Source: a virus (lineage: Duplodnaviria; Caudoviricetes). Taken from it: a DNA stretch of 43,794 nt. Where the stretch lies: the IMG/VR virus record IMGVR_UViG_3300033513_000019, positions 1-43,794 of that record. One strand, written 5' to 3'. A program made the translations under genes and the position numbers. This document shows, piece by piece, positions 16,858 to 24,774 of the stretch; position 1 is the stretch's first letter; each line of letters starts with the position of its first letter. Below the pieces are notes generated by a model. That model did no database searches. It was not told the DNA's origin and saw nothing but the letters and a program-made list of their open reading frames with translations.

Positions 16858-18088
16858 ATATTACAAAATCCAAGACTTCGCCGCCTCCCGTCTCACCGGC
16901 GTCGGCGCCTCCGATATCCCGACGCTTGCGGGCTTCAATAAACGCTGGGGTGAGACTCCCTACACCCTCTGGCGTCTCAAGCGCGGCATCGATGCGCCTC
17001 AAGATGCAGGCCCGCGCGCAGAGTGGGGCCATCGGCTAGAGGGCGAGGTGCTCCATAAGTTCATCGAGGACCGCTACGGCAAGGAGGCGGCGGACGACTT
17101 CCTCCATGCGAAGATGCGCGGGAAATCGAGCGGTCCGTTCAAGAGTGACACGGAATGCAGGAGCCCGGAGCGGTCGTACTGCCTGGCGCATGCGGATCTG
17201 GTAGTGGATGGGATCATGAATACGGTACTCCCTGATCCAGTGAAAACGGTCGAAAGGGAAGCTATGTCTTTCAGCTACGGACCGCCACCGAGGGGTGAGC
17301 TGGCCGAGCCCTACCTCGTCGAAGCCAAAACGACCGGCCTCATGTCCGCCCGCCGCGATGACGACGACCCCGACTCCGGCTACTCCCCGACGGACTTCTC
17401 GCAAGAGGGCATCCCGGCGGCGGCCTTCCTCCAGGTGCAATTCCAGCTCTACGTCTACGGCCTGCGTGTAGCCTACGTCCCGGTGCTGATCGACGGCGGC
17501 GACTATCGCGAATACGGGCCGGTGATCGCGGACCCGCGCGTGCAGGAGAAGTGCCTCACGCTGGCGGAGCGATTCTGGAAGCTCGTGCAAGCACCCGAGG
17601 AGCCGAAGCCCGAGACGTGGGCCGACGTAGCGGCGATGTGGCCGGAGCCGAAGGACTTCACGGCGCGGCTCGGCGGCGAGGAAGAGATGCGGGCGCGGGA
17701 CATGGTCGGAGTCTATGCGAAAAACAAGAAGCGGATCAAGGAGCTTGACGCGGAGTGCGACGAAATCACGAACGCGCTCGGGATTTACTTAGGCGAGAAT
17801 AAGACGCTGACCACGGCCGAGGGGACGAAGCTGGCGTCCTCGTGGTTGGTGGAGCAACCGACGGTTAAGGTCAGGAAAAACATGGCGAAGGAGGCGCTGG
17901 AGGTTATCGCGGCGGACAGAGATGTAGACGAATTCGTGACGAAGCTCGACTCGTCACGCGAAAAAATCGCAACGCTTGAAAAAGCGGTTTTTACTTTCAT
18001 AGAGGCGCGGCCGGAGCTATACAAAAAACTCCTCGCGCTCGACGCGATCAAGAAGGGTTGGCGGGTCTTGAGGCCCGCGAAGTTGTAA
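16850..18088 (+). CDS. YqaJ-like viral recombinase exonuclease
   Basis: RLTGVGASDIP..TPYTLWRLK..WGHRLE..AHADL..VEAKTT..QVQFQLYV. Confidence 0.88.
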   Translation: MNRYYKIQDFAASRLTGVGASDIPTLAGFNKRWGETPYTLWRLKRGIDAPQDAGPRAEWGHRLEGEVLHKFIEDRYGKEAADDFLHAKMRGKSSGPFKSDTECRSPERSYCLAHADLVVDGIMNTVLPDPVKTVEREAMSFSYGPPPRGELAEPYLVEAKTTGLMSARRDDDDPDSGYSPTDFSQEGIPAAAFLQVQFQLYVYGLRVAYVPVLIDGGDYREYGPVIADPRVQEKCLTLAERFWKLVQAPEEPKPETWADVAAMWPEPKDFTARLGGEEEMRARDMVGVYAKNKKRIKELDAECDEITNALGIYLGENKTLTTAEGTKLASSWLVEQPTVKVRKNMAKEALEVIAADRDVDEFVTKLDSSREKIATLEKAVFTFIEARPELYKKLLALDAIKKGWRVLRPAKL

Positions 18089-18099
18089 AGGAGGGAAGG

Positions 18100-18249
18100 A
18101 TGAAGGCAAGCAAGGGGAAGAGGTTCTCGAAATACTGCGGAAAGGACGGGGTGGTCAGAGAGAAAAAGGGCGGATTCGGGGCGTCACCTATAAATACACG
18201 GGTGGCGAAGATGCGGAAGGAGTACGAAAAAGCGAAGGCGTCCGCATGA
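18100..18249 (+). CDS. Small basic hypothetical protein
   Basis: RBS GGAGGG. Confidence 0.5.
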   Translation: MKASKGKRFSKYCGKDGVVREKKGGFGASPINTRVAKMRKEYEKAKASA

Positions 18250-18497
18250 CCTCGCCGAAATCTCGCCCGATCAAGATCGTCTCCCGCAAGCAGGGCCAGG
18301 AGAACGACATCCTCCTCGTCGACTACCTCGCGCGCAAGTGTTGCCCGCTCTGGCGGCGCGTCCTTGGCGTGTTCGATCCGAACATCGCCATGCGCTGGGA
18401 AGCGGCGTGGAAAGTGAAAAACTCAAGGACGATTAACGTCGCGCTATCGCGGACGGCCAAGAAGGCGCAGGCGGAAGCCGGGGAGGGGAAGGCGTGA
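18246..18497 (+). CDS. Hypothetical protein (83 aa)
   Basis: ATGA coupling. Confidence 0.55.
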   Translation: MTSPKSRPIKIVSRKQGQENDILLVDYLARKCCPLWRRVLGVFDPNIAMRWEAAWKVKNSRTINVALSRTAKKAQAEAGEGKA

Positions 18498-18694
18498 AAG
18501 GCTCAAGGCTCGCCCAGCTCGCGCTAGCCGTGATCGCGCTGGAAATAAATTCGGCGCTATGCGTTGCGTCAATAATAAATACAACGCATCCGAATCGCGG
18601 CTTCCTGATTCCATTTACGGCCGTGATGGCTGGCTTCAATGCCTTCACGATCATATATCTCTACGCCAAGAAGGAGGCCCCTAGTGCCCGCTAA
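18494..18694 (+). CDS. Small two-TM membrane protein
   Basis: Two hydrophobic helices. Confidence 0.55.
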   Translation: MKGSRLAQLALAVIALEINSALCVASIINTTHPNRGFLIPFTAVMAGFNAFTIIYLYAKKEAPSAR

Positions 18695-19601
18695 TCAGTC
18701 CGAAAAAGAATTCTTCGCGCTCGTCGCTACGGGCCGGAAGGGCGTCGAGGAAATGTTCCTCGCGATGAGCCCCGAGATGCAAGGCATCGCCGCCCCGAAT
18801 ATCGCGAGCGACTTCGACACCTGGAAAATGCGCGCGCTCGTCGACGTGACGACAAACGAAAACCTCCGGCCCGTAATCCAGACGCGCGAGGGCATACATT
18901 CCGTCTATGCGTGCCTGAGCAAGGCGCTCGTCATGGGCCTCCAGGTCGGCGGTCAATTCCCGCACATGTACCTCGCGCCGAAAGCGGGGAAAGCGATCCT
19001 CATCCCTTCGCAGGACGGCTATATCTTCATGACGACCTACGGGCCGGGCGCGCTGTTCCGCGTCGAGCCACAACTGCGCGAGGTCTACGAAAAAGACAAG
19101 ATCCAGATCCGCGAAGCCGAGGGCAAGTGGGTGCATGAGTACCCGGAGGATAACCCGTTCTCGGATCGCGGCAAGCTCGTCGGCTATTTCACGGTCCTTG
19201 AGTTCAAGGACGGGCGGCGCGGGATTCCCTACGTGCGGATCAATGAAGTCGAAGACATCGAGAACGCCTACGGAAACAAGGGCTCGCCCATGTATACGAA
19301 AAGCCTTATTGACGCGCACCGCAAGACGGCGATGAAAAAGATGCTCAAGCCTTACGCGAAGCTCTGCGAAGGCATCGCCATGCTCATGTCCCTCGACGAG
19401 TACGCCGAAGGCCAGGCAGAGCCCGAGCCCTCCCCGCGCAACGTGACGGAGCGCACCTCCGCTCGTCTCGACGCCGCCGTGAAGGGCTTCGACCCCGAGC
19501 CGCCCGCGGAGAAGCCGGAGCCCGTGACTCCCGCCGAGAAGCCCGAGCCAAAGCCCGAGCCGAAAAAAGATGAAAAAGCCGACGCAGGCGATCTTTTCTG
19601 A
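18684..19601 (+). CDS. recT: RecT-family single-strand annealing protein
   Basis: SVYACLSKALVMGLQ..MYLAP..EVYEKD..RGKLVGYF..HRKTAMKKMLK; near YqaJ; acidic C-terminus DLF. Confidence 0.75.
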   Translation: MPANQSEKEFFALVATGRKGVEEMFLAMSPEMQGIAAPNIASDFDTWKMRALVDVTTNENLRPVIQTREGIHSVYACLSKALVMGLQVGGQFPHMYLAPKAGKAILIPSQDGYIFMTTYGPGALFRVEPQLREVYEKDKIQIREAEGKWVHEYPEDNPFSDRGKLVGYFTVLEFKDGRRGIPYVRINEVEDIENAYGNKGSPMYTKSLIDAHRKTAMKKMLKPYAKLCEGIAMLMSLDEYAEGQAEPEPSPRNVTERTSARLDAAVKGFDPEPPAEKPEPVTPAEKPEPKPEPKKDEKADAGDLF

Positions 19602-19764
19602 TCCGTCCTTCGAACGGGCGCGCTGTAAGTTTTGCGGCCGTCCGCTCAAGGCTCGGGAGTCCGTCGCGGCACACGCAGGGAAAGTGTGCGCGCGGCGTGA
19701 CAGGATGCAGAGAAGACTATGGACCGATTCCGAGCTTGCGAAGTTCGCCTCCGAGGGTGTATAA
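19570..19764 (+). CDS. DUF6011-like zinc-finger protein
   Basis: RCKFCGRPLKARESVAAHAGKVC. Confidence 0.65.
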   Translation: MKKPTQAIFSDPSFERARCKFCGRPLKARESVAAHAGKVCARRDRMQRRLWTDSELAKFASEGV

Positions 19765-19771
19765 TTACTCC

Positions 19772-20407
19772 ATGTTCAAGCTCAACACGGCCGAGGCCAA
19801 GAAGTTCGCGAAGACGCTGGAGAAAATGGGGAAGTCTGCGCTCGGGAAGGCGACGGCGAGGACGTTGACCACGATGGCGACGATGGCGAACGCTGAACAA
19901 AAAAAGAACCTCAAGGCCCGCCTTATCGTCCGCACGCCGTATACGGAGAAGAGCCTCAAGATGTACCCGGCGAACGAATCTAAGCCCATAGAGCGGCAGA
20001 ATTCCGTTGTCGGGTCCGTCTCTCCGTACCTCGCTGGGCAAGACAAGGGCGCGACCGTCCGGCCGAAAGGCCATAGGGTTGCCGTACCTACCAACGAGCT
20101 ACGCGGTCCTGGCAGGCGGAAAAAAATCGCGACGCGCTACCGGATGAACGAAATCGGCGACATCGTAAAATCGCAAAAGGGCCGGAAGTTCAAGGGTAAG
20201 TTTTTTATTATCAAGAGTAGTATTTATTATCGAAAAAGTAAAAACAAGCTCGTCCGGGCGCGAGGCTTGACGAAGCGCGCCTATAGCTACAAGGGCACGC
20301 ATTTCCATACGGATGCCATAAAAAAATACGCCAAGACCTCGACGGTCTCGGCGATATTCGCAAGGAAGGCGAAGCTCGTCCTCGATGAGCTAGGCGCTAA
20401 GTCTTAG
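19772..20407 (+). CDS. Basic protein resembling phage tail-completion/minor tail (gpZ-like) proteins
   Basis: KATARTLTTMA..KKNLKARLIVRTPYTEKSL..VGS..PYL..QDKG pattern; very K/R rich. Confidence 0.5.
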   Translation: MFKLNTAEAKKFAKTLEKMGKSALGKATARTLTTMATMANAEQKKNLKARLIVRTPYTEKSLKMYPANESKPIERQNSVVGSVSPYLAGQDKGATVRPKGHRVAVPTNELRGPGRRKKIATRYRMNEIGDIVKSQKGRKFKGKFFIIKSSIYYRKSKNKLVRARGLTKRAYSYKGTHFHTDAIKKYAKTSTVSAIFARKAKLVLDELGAKS

Positions 20408-20528
20408 CCTTTTTCGGCCGTCCGCCTTTCTTCCCGTTTTCGCGTGAAGCCTCGACCTTGGCGTCGCTTTTTGCCTTCCCGCCTTTGCGTCCGATCTTGG
20501 CGAGATAGTCGGATATTTCCTTTTTCAT
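20397..20528 (-). CDS. KGG-motif small basic protein (43 aa), not in ORF track
   Basis: MKKEISDYLAKIGRKGGKAKSDAKVEASRENGKKGGRPKKAKT; ATGA coupling with the BRCT gene. Confidence 0.7.
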   Translation of the reverse strand: MKKEISDYLAKIGRKGGKAKSDAKVEASRENGKKGGRPKKAKT

Positions 20529-20773
20529 GCGGCTTTCCCGACGAGCTGGAGGAATTCGCGCTCGTTTATGATTTTTATCCCATACATGCGGGCCTTGGCG
20601 TTTTTCGACGATCCGCTCGCGGTGTCGTTCGTGACAAGAAACGAGGTTTTGCTATAGACAGTGTACGGAATCCAGCCGCCGAGAGAACGGACAAGAGCTT
20701 CGGCATCGCTTCGGCGCATGGATTCAAGCGGCCCGGTAAAGCAAAAACTAAGCCCTTCAAGATTTTCTGCCAT
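20525..20773 (-). CDS. Stand-alone BRCT domain protein (LigA/RFC-type)
   Basis: LEGLSFCFTGPLESMRRSDAEALVRSLGG..VYSKTSFLV..SSKNAKA..GIKIINEREFL; RBS GGAGG. Confidence 0.88.
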   Translation of the reverse strand: MAENLEGLSFCFTGPLESMRRSDAEALVRSLGGWIPYTVYSKTSFLVTNDTASGSSKNAKARMYGIKIINEREFLQLVGKAA

Positions 20774-20793
20774 TTGGATACCCTCCAAGAAAG

Positions 20794-20822
20794 AGTATAA
20801 CCCAAGCGGCCTAGGAAATCAA
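20794..20822 (-). promoter_or_regulatory. Sigma70-type promoter for the BRCT-KGG operon
   Basis: TTGATT-17 bp-TATACT on the minus strand. Confidence 0.6.
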
Positions 20823-20828
20823 GTATTT

Positions 20829-20876
20829 TTCGCTCGTGAGGCCAAGAAGGTCGTCGCGGAGCTTGGCGCAAAATAG
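20829..20876 (+). pseudogene. Orphan duplicate 3' end of gene 19772-20407
   Basis: FAREAKKVVAELGAK* versus FARKAKLVLDELGAKS* (11/15 aa identical). Confidence 0.65.
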
Positions 20877-20950
20877 CTAAACCGTGCCAACTGGCTAAAA
20901 ACGTCTTAAAATAAATCGTAATAAATCCACCTAAAAAGTGTATTATCCTC

Positions 20951-20979
20951 TTGCTATATACACCCGATAGGTGTATAGT
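20951..20979 (+). promoter_or_regulatory. Sigma70-type promoter with operator palindrome
   Basis: TTGCTA-17 bp-TATAGT; TATACACC-cgata-GGTGTATA at 20957-20977. Confidence 0.65.
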
Positions 20980-21014
20980 ATAAGCATAAGGTGCAGTGCA
21001 CCAAGGGAGACAAG

Positions 21015-21233
21015 ATGTACCAGATTACCGGATCGACTTACGAAGCCCGCGAAGCTCTTAAAAAGGCCGGATATACTTTTGAGCCGTTAGGAAAAACCTG
21101 GGTCGGGCAGAGCCGCGAGGCTTTTGACGCTCTTATCGCCAAATGGCGCAAGCCCGGATACGGCGTTGCATTTGCCAAGCTGGCCGACAAGCTCCATATC
21201 GCCGAGACCTGCTGCGAAACTTGCGAAATCTAA
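21015..21233 (+). CDS. Hypothetical early protein
   Basis: RBS AAGGGAG; ITGSTYEAREALKKAGYTF..KTW motif. Confidence 0.7.
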   Translation: MYQITGSTYEAREALKKAGYTFEPLGKTWVGQSREAFDALIAKWRKPGYGVAFAKLADKLHIAETCCETCEI

Positions 21234-21297
21234 GCCCCGATGAGGCCGGGCAGCACCCGGCCGAAACCTAAGCCCTTACGGGCCGATAGTCGGCGAT
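21228..21297 (+). ncRNA. Type I hammerhead ribozyme candidate (U4C core variant)
   Basis: CCGATGA + 7-bp stem II GGCCGGG/CCCGGCC + GAAAC ... GTC cleavage triplet; stem I GCC/GGC extended by ATC/GAT around a TAA bulge. Confidence 0.7.
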
Positions 21298-21315
21298 AGC
21301 CAAAAGGAGAGCTTT

Positions 21316-21633
21316 ATGAAAGCGATTATCAACGGATTTCGGTACGACACTGAAAAAGCAGACGTTGTCGGCAAGGCAAGCAGCGGCGGCAGTACCCGCG
21401 ATTTTTCACACTGGGAGGCGACGCTTTATCGCACCAAGCGCTCCAAGAGCTTTTTCCTAGCGGGATGGGGCGGACCCATGTCCCGCTACGCGCGGAGCAT
21501 CGGCCAAAACGAAACTTCGGGAGGCGAGCAGATCGACCCCATGACCAAAGAAGAAGCCATGGCCTGGGCCGAGCAGTATCTCGACGCCGAGGAGATCGAG
21601 AAGGCTTTTGCCGAGGACATCCAGGACGCGTAA
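21316..21633 (+). CDS. Conserved hypothetical phage protein (IINGFRYDTEKA...LYRTK...FFLAG family)
   Basis: RBS AAGGAG; recurrent phage motif. Confidence 0.75.
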   Translation: MKAIINGFRYDTEKADVVGKASSGGSTRDFSHWEATLYRTKRSKSFFLAGWGGPMSRYARSIGQNETSGGEQIDPMTKEEAMAWAEQYLDAEEIEKAFAEDIQDA

Positions 21634-21636
21634 GTC

Positions 21637-21891
21637 TTAGCGCCCATACGGCGGGGGTAGCTTATCTATCCCCGCCTCCGCGTCGATGACGTACTGCGCG
21701 ACAGCCAGCCAGTATTCCGCGCTCATCGTCGTCACGCCGTCCACCGTCGAGACCTTGTCCGTTGGGTCTGGGAAGGCTGGCCACTCAATGACCACGGCGG
21801 GAGGCTTTACCTGCGTGGGCGTGCTCCGGCACCCGAGAAGCGCGAAAACTACCGCCAAAACTGCACAGGCCCAACGTGCTCTGGCTCTCAT
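21637..21891 (-). CDS. Putative o-spanin (Rz1-like lipoprotein)
   Basis: Lipobox LLGC, Pro-rich; overlaps the i-spanin stop. Confidence 0.6.
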   Translation of the reverse strand: MRARARWACAVLAVVFALLGCRSTPTQVKPPAVVIEWPAFPDPTDKVSTVDGVTTMSAEYWLAVAQYVIDAEAGIDKLPPPYGR

Positions 21892-22154
21892 TTTTTGCCC
21901 TTAGCGATGTCCGCCAGCACGTCAACGGAAGCCCTCGCGCGCTCGTCCACGGTCCCGGAGCTGATCGCCTTCGTCCGGTCCAGTTGTGCCTTGTCGGCGG
22001 CCTGAATTCTCGCTACTTCCTCCCCGAGGTCGTGGATCTCGCTCGCGAGGCGCTTGTTTTCTTCGCCGAGGGCCTTGGCCCGCATGATAGCGATGTAGGC
22101 CACGAGCCCGGCGAGGACCGCGATGGCGAGAAGCCCGAGGATTACGTAGATCAT
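21888..22154 (-). CDS. Putative i-spanin (Rz-like)
   Basis: N-terminal TM (MIYVILGLLAIAVLAGLVAYI) + coiled coil. Confidence 0.6.
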   Translation of the reverse strand: MIYVILGLLAIAVLAGLVAYIAIMRAKALGEENKRLASEIHDLGEEVARIQAADKAQLDRTKAISSGTVDERARASVDVLADIAKGKK

Positions 22155-22378
22155 TTTTTCTCCTTTGCCTTTTCTACGGCGGGGAACTTGAACGGCTCCT
22201 CGCCTGCGTAGGGCTTCCACTCGCCTCCTTTTTCGATCTCGGAATTCATTCCCGCGTTGTCGAGGTCGGCCTGGATGCAAAGGAGACCGTACTGGTGTTC
22301 CGCTTTCGGCTTGTCCTTGAAGGATTCGGCGTAGCGGATCTCTCTTTTCTTTTCGCTCACGAGCGCGACGTGGTACAT
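22151..22378 (-). CDS. Hypothetical protein downstream of the tail fibre
   Basis: RBS AGGAGG. Confidence 0.6.
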   Translation of the reverse strand: MYHVALVSEKKREIRYAESFKDKPKAEHQYGLLCIQADLDNAGMNSEIEKGGEWKPYAGEEPFKFPAVEKAKEKK

Positions 22379-22388
22379 GGAAAACCTC

Positions 22389-23360
22389 CTAGAGTAATGT
22401 GCCCGCCCACATATAGCGGTAGCGGATGCTGGCGTTCGGATCGGTGGTGGCGCCGGTGCGGGGGGTGCCGTTCGTTCCGTCGGTTAGTGGAACTCCGACA
22501 TCCCATCCCGGTGTTGATGCATATCCTAGAGCGGATGTCCCACCCGAACCGGCCGCGTAAATATTTTTTGGATAGTTACCGGATACTTCAAAGACATGCT
22601 TATGTCCCTGCGTCCTATCCCGTATCATCAGCCCGTTGACGTACCGCGCGCCGTCAGGGCTCATGCTCGCGTTGCCTGAGTCCTTAAACACGCGCGCCGA
22701 GGTGCTCCCCGCGATACGATACGGGTACATGATCGCCGTCTGTGCTCCCGAGGACGGGGAACCGGTGACGGTGAGCGTGTGCGAGCCGGGGGTTGCGGCG
22801 GTCACGGCGTAATCGGTGCCGCCGACGTTGATTGTCCGCTGGTAGCTTCCGAGCCTGAGCGCGTCCTCGGCGATGGCCGAGACGAGGTAGTCCCAGGCGG
22901 TGCCCGATCCGGTGATCGTCGAGCCGGAGACCGTGACGCTGTGGTCGGAGGCGTAGGCCGATCCGGTCCAGGTTTTCGCTTTCTGCGCGCGGAGTTTCGC
23001 CACAAGGTCGGGGTAGTTCGCGGCGGCGAGGTCGTGGTTCGCGTCCCACAATTTCACGGCGGGGAAATAGCGGTCGCCATCGGGGTCTTCGTTATTCCTA
23101 GCCGCGCCCCAGGCGACGGGCTCTTCCTCGACCGCCATGTCGAAGACTTCACCGACGGGCTTCGAGATCGCGATGATCGCTTTTTCAAGCTGGTATTGAT
23201 CCGTGCCGTCGAGTGCGACGCCCGTCAAGAGGACGGCGTGGCAGACTTCCTCCTGGAGATTGTTGCGGTCCTCGGCTGTTCCATTGGTCCCTGAAGACAC
23301 GCCAGATACGCGGTCGACATGCAAACCGCCGGAAGAGTTTGGCGCGGTTGTTCTTTTCAA
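22389..23360 (-). CDS. Tail fibre / receptor-binding protein
   Basis: N-terminal Mu-like NNLQEEVCHAV..G..LD..DQYQLEKAI; C-terminal DRTQGHKH..DGTNGTPRTG..T collar-like motif. Confidence 0.8.
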   Translation of the reverse strand: MKRTTAPNSSGGLHVDRVSGVSSGTNGTAEDRNNLQEEVCHAVLLTGVALDGTDQYQLEKAIIAISKPVGEVFDMAVEEEPVAWGAARNNEDPDGDRYFPAVKLWDANHDLAAANYPDLVAKLRAQKAKTWTGSAYASDHSVTVSGSTITGSGTAWDYLVSAIAEDALRLGSYQRTINVGGTDYAVTAATPGSHTLTVTGSPSSGAQTAIMYPYRIAGSTSARVFKDSGNASMSPDGARYVNGLMIRDRTQGHKHVFEVSGNYPKNIYAAGSGGTSALGYASTPGWDVGVPLTDGTNGTPRTGATTDPNASIRYRYMWAGTLL

Positions 23361-23400
23361 TTCGTCCTCCTGTCCGGCGTGCGCCGGTCATGTAAAAAAT

Positions 23401-24774
23401 CTAGACTAGAGCGTTTGAAATGACGGTCACGGTCCCGACGGCGTTCGTTATCGTTACGGCGCAGGTGTAGGACCCGCTCGGGATGTACGACTGATGGTAA
23501 ATGCTCGACGTGGCGCCCGAGATGTTGACCCCGTCTTTCCGCCACTGGTACGTCGGCGAGGCGTATGGAGCCCCGCCCAGGTAGTCCACGTAAACGATGA
23601 GCGTCGTATCGTCGAGCCATTCCGCGAAGGCACGGCTGATCGACGGAACGCTGGCAATGTAGGTGGTCGAGGTTTTGGTGAAGCTTCCCGCGCTATTCGT
23701 GGCGGTGACGACGAAGTCGTAAGTCCCCGGAGCGGAAATCACAAGCGCGGACGCTGTCGCACCTTCGATGTTGACGCCGTCTTTCCGCCACTGGATGGCA
23801 TATGTCGGGTCCGGCGTTCCCGTGGCACTGATATACGCGGTGAGCGTCGCGGCTCCGGTCAAGACAGCCTGCGCCGATGAGATGACGGGCGCCACGCCAG
23901 TCGCGACGATATCGTTCGTTACGCTCGAAGCGTTTCCGCTCGCGTTCGTCGCCGTTACTTCACAGGTGTAAATATCGCCGGGAACTACGGGAGACGGGAG
24001 AACGTAGAAGCGGCTCGTCTCTCCGCTTATGTTTGATCCGTTTTTTTTCCACTGATACGAGTACGAGGGAGTCGGTCCTCCGATAACCTCGCCAGGGTAC
24101 GCGATGAGAAGCGCGCCGGCCGCTCCAGTTCCCGACGCAAGCGCGCCGCCCGTGAACGTCGGAGCCAGCGGCCCGCTACCACCTTCCGCGACGCTTAGCC
24201 CGCAGATATCATCACCGGCCTCCGAGCTGGTCGCGGTCATAGAAAGAACTTCGACGATGATATTAGCGATGAGGTGAGCGGGAGCGAAGTGGTCCAGGAT
24301 GCGCCCGAGGCGCATAAGTTCAGAGTCGTCGTTCACCTCGCCGGTTACGTCATAGTAGGTCGGAGAATAGTCGCTTGCTTGGCCATTGCAGACAGCGACG
24401 CCGCACTCGTCAAGCCCGCACTCTGATGTAACCGATACCTCAGAAATGAACACACCGGGAAATTCTTTCTGCACTTGCTCCTGGAGGGCGCTGAGCGTCA
24501 TTCCGCCAACGGCCGACCATACAGCGTCGAGGCGGGCGCGTTGCGAGGCGATGGGAAGCGTCGGGTCGTAAGGTATCCCGAGGGCTTCGTGCCAGTCGGG
24601 AAGCGTGACAAGCGCGCGAAAGGGTATAGCCTCGTCGACTACGGCCCGCGCGGCTACGTGGACGCGCTCGGGCTCTAGGCTGAGGCCGTCTATGAGCTTC
24701 GAGCCGTCGCCGAGGAGGCGGTGCGCCTTGCCCGTCGGCCAGAGGAGCCGGAGGGCGGTATTCATCACGCCCAC
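23401..24774 (-). CDS. Baseplate wedge (YmfQ/Mu gp48-like) fused to three Ig-like domains
   Basis: LLWPTGKA..LPDWHEALG..FAPAH; repeats YQWxKxGxxIxGxT...YTCxVTxTNxxG. Confidence 0.8.
   Translation of the reverse strand: MGVMNTALRLLWPTGKAHRLLGDGSKLIDGLSLEPERVHVAARAVVDEAIPFRALVTLPDWHEALGIPYDPTLPIASQRARLDAVWSAVGGMTLSALQEQVQKEFPGVFISEVSVTSECGLDECGVAVCNGQASDYSPTYYDVTGEVNDDSELMRLGRILDHFAPAHLIANIIVEVLSMTATSSEAGDDICGLSVAEGGSGPLAPTFTGGALASGTGAAGALLIAYPGEVIGGPTPSYSYQWKKNGSNISGETSRFYVLPSPVVPGDIYTCEVTATNASGNASSVTNDIVATGVAPVISSAQAVLTGAATLTAYISATGTPDPTYAIQWRKDGVNIEGATASALVISAPGTYDFVVTATNSAGSFTKTSTTYIASVPSISRAFAEWLDDTTLIVYVDYLGGAPYASPTYQWRKDGVNISGATSSIYHQSYIPSGSYTCAVTITNAVGTVTVISNALV

Noticed and set aside
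23520-23800. Diversity-generating retroelement TR/VR pair
   Set aside because: The repeat is a short in-frame Ig-domain duplication, differences are not adenine-specific, and there is no reverse transcriptase
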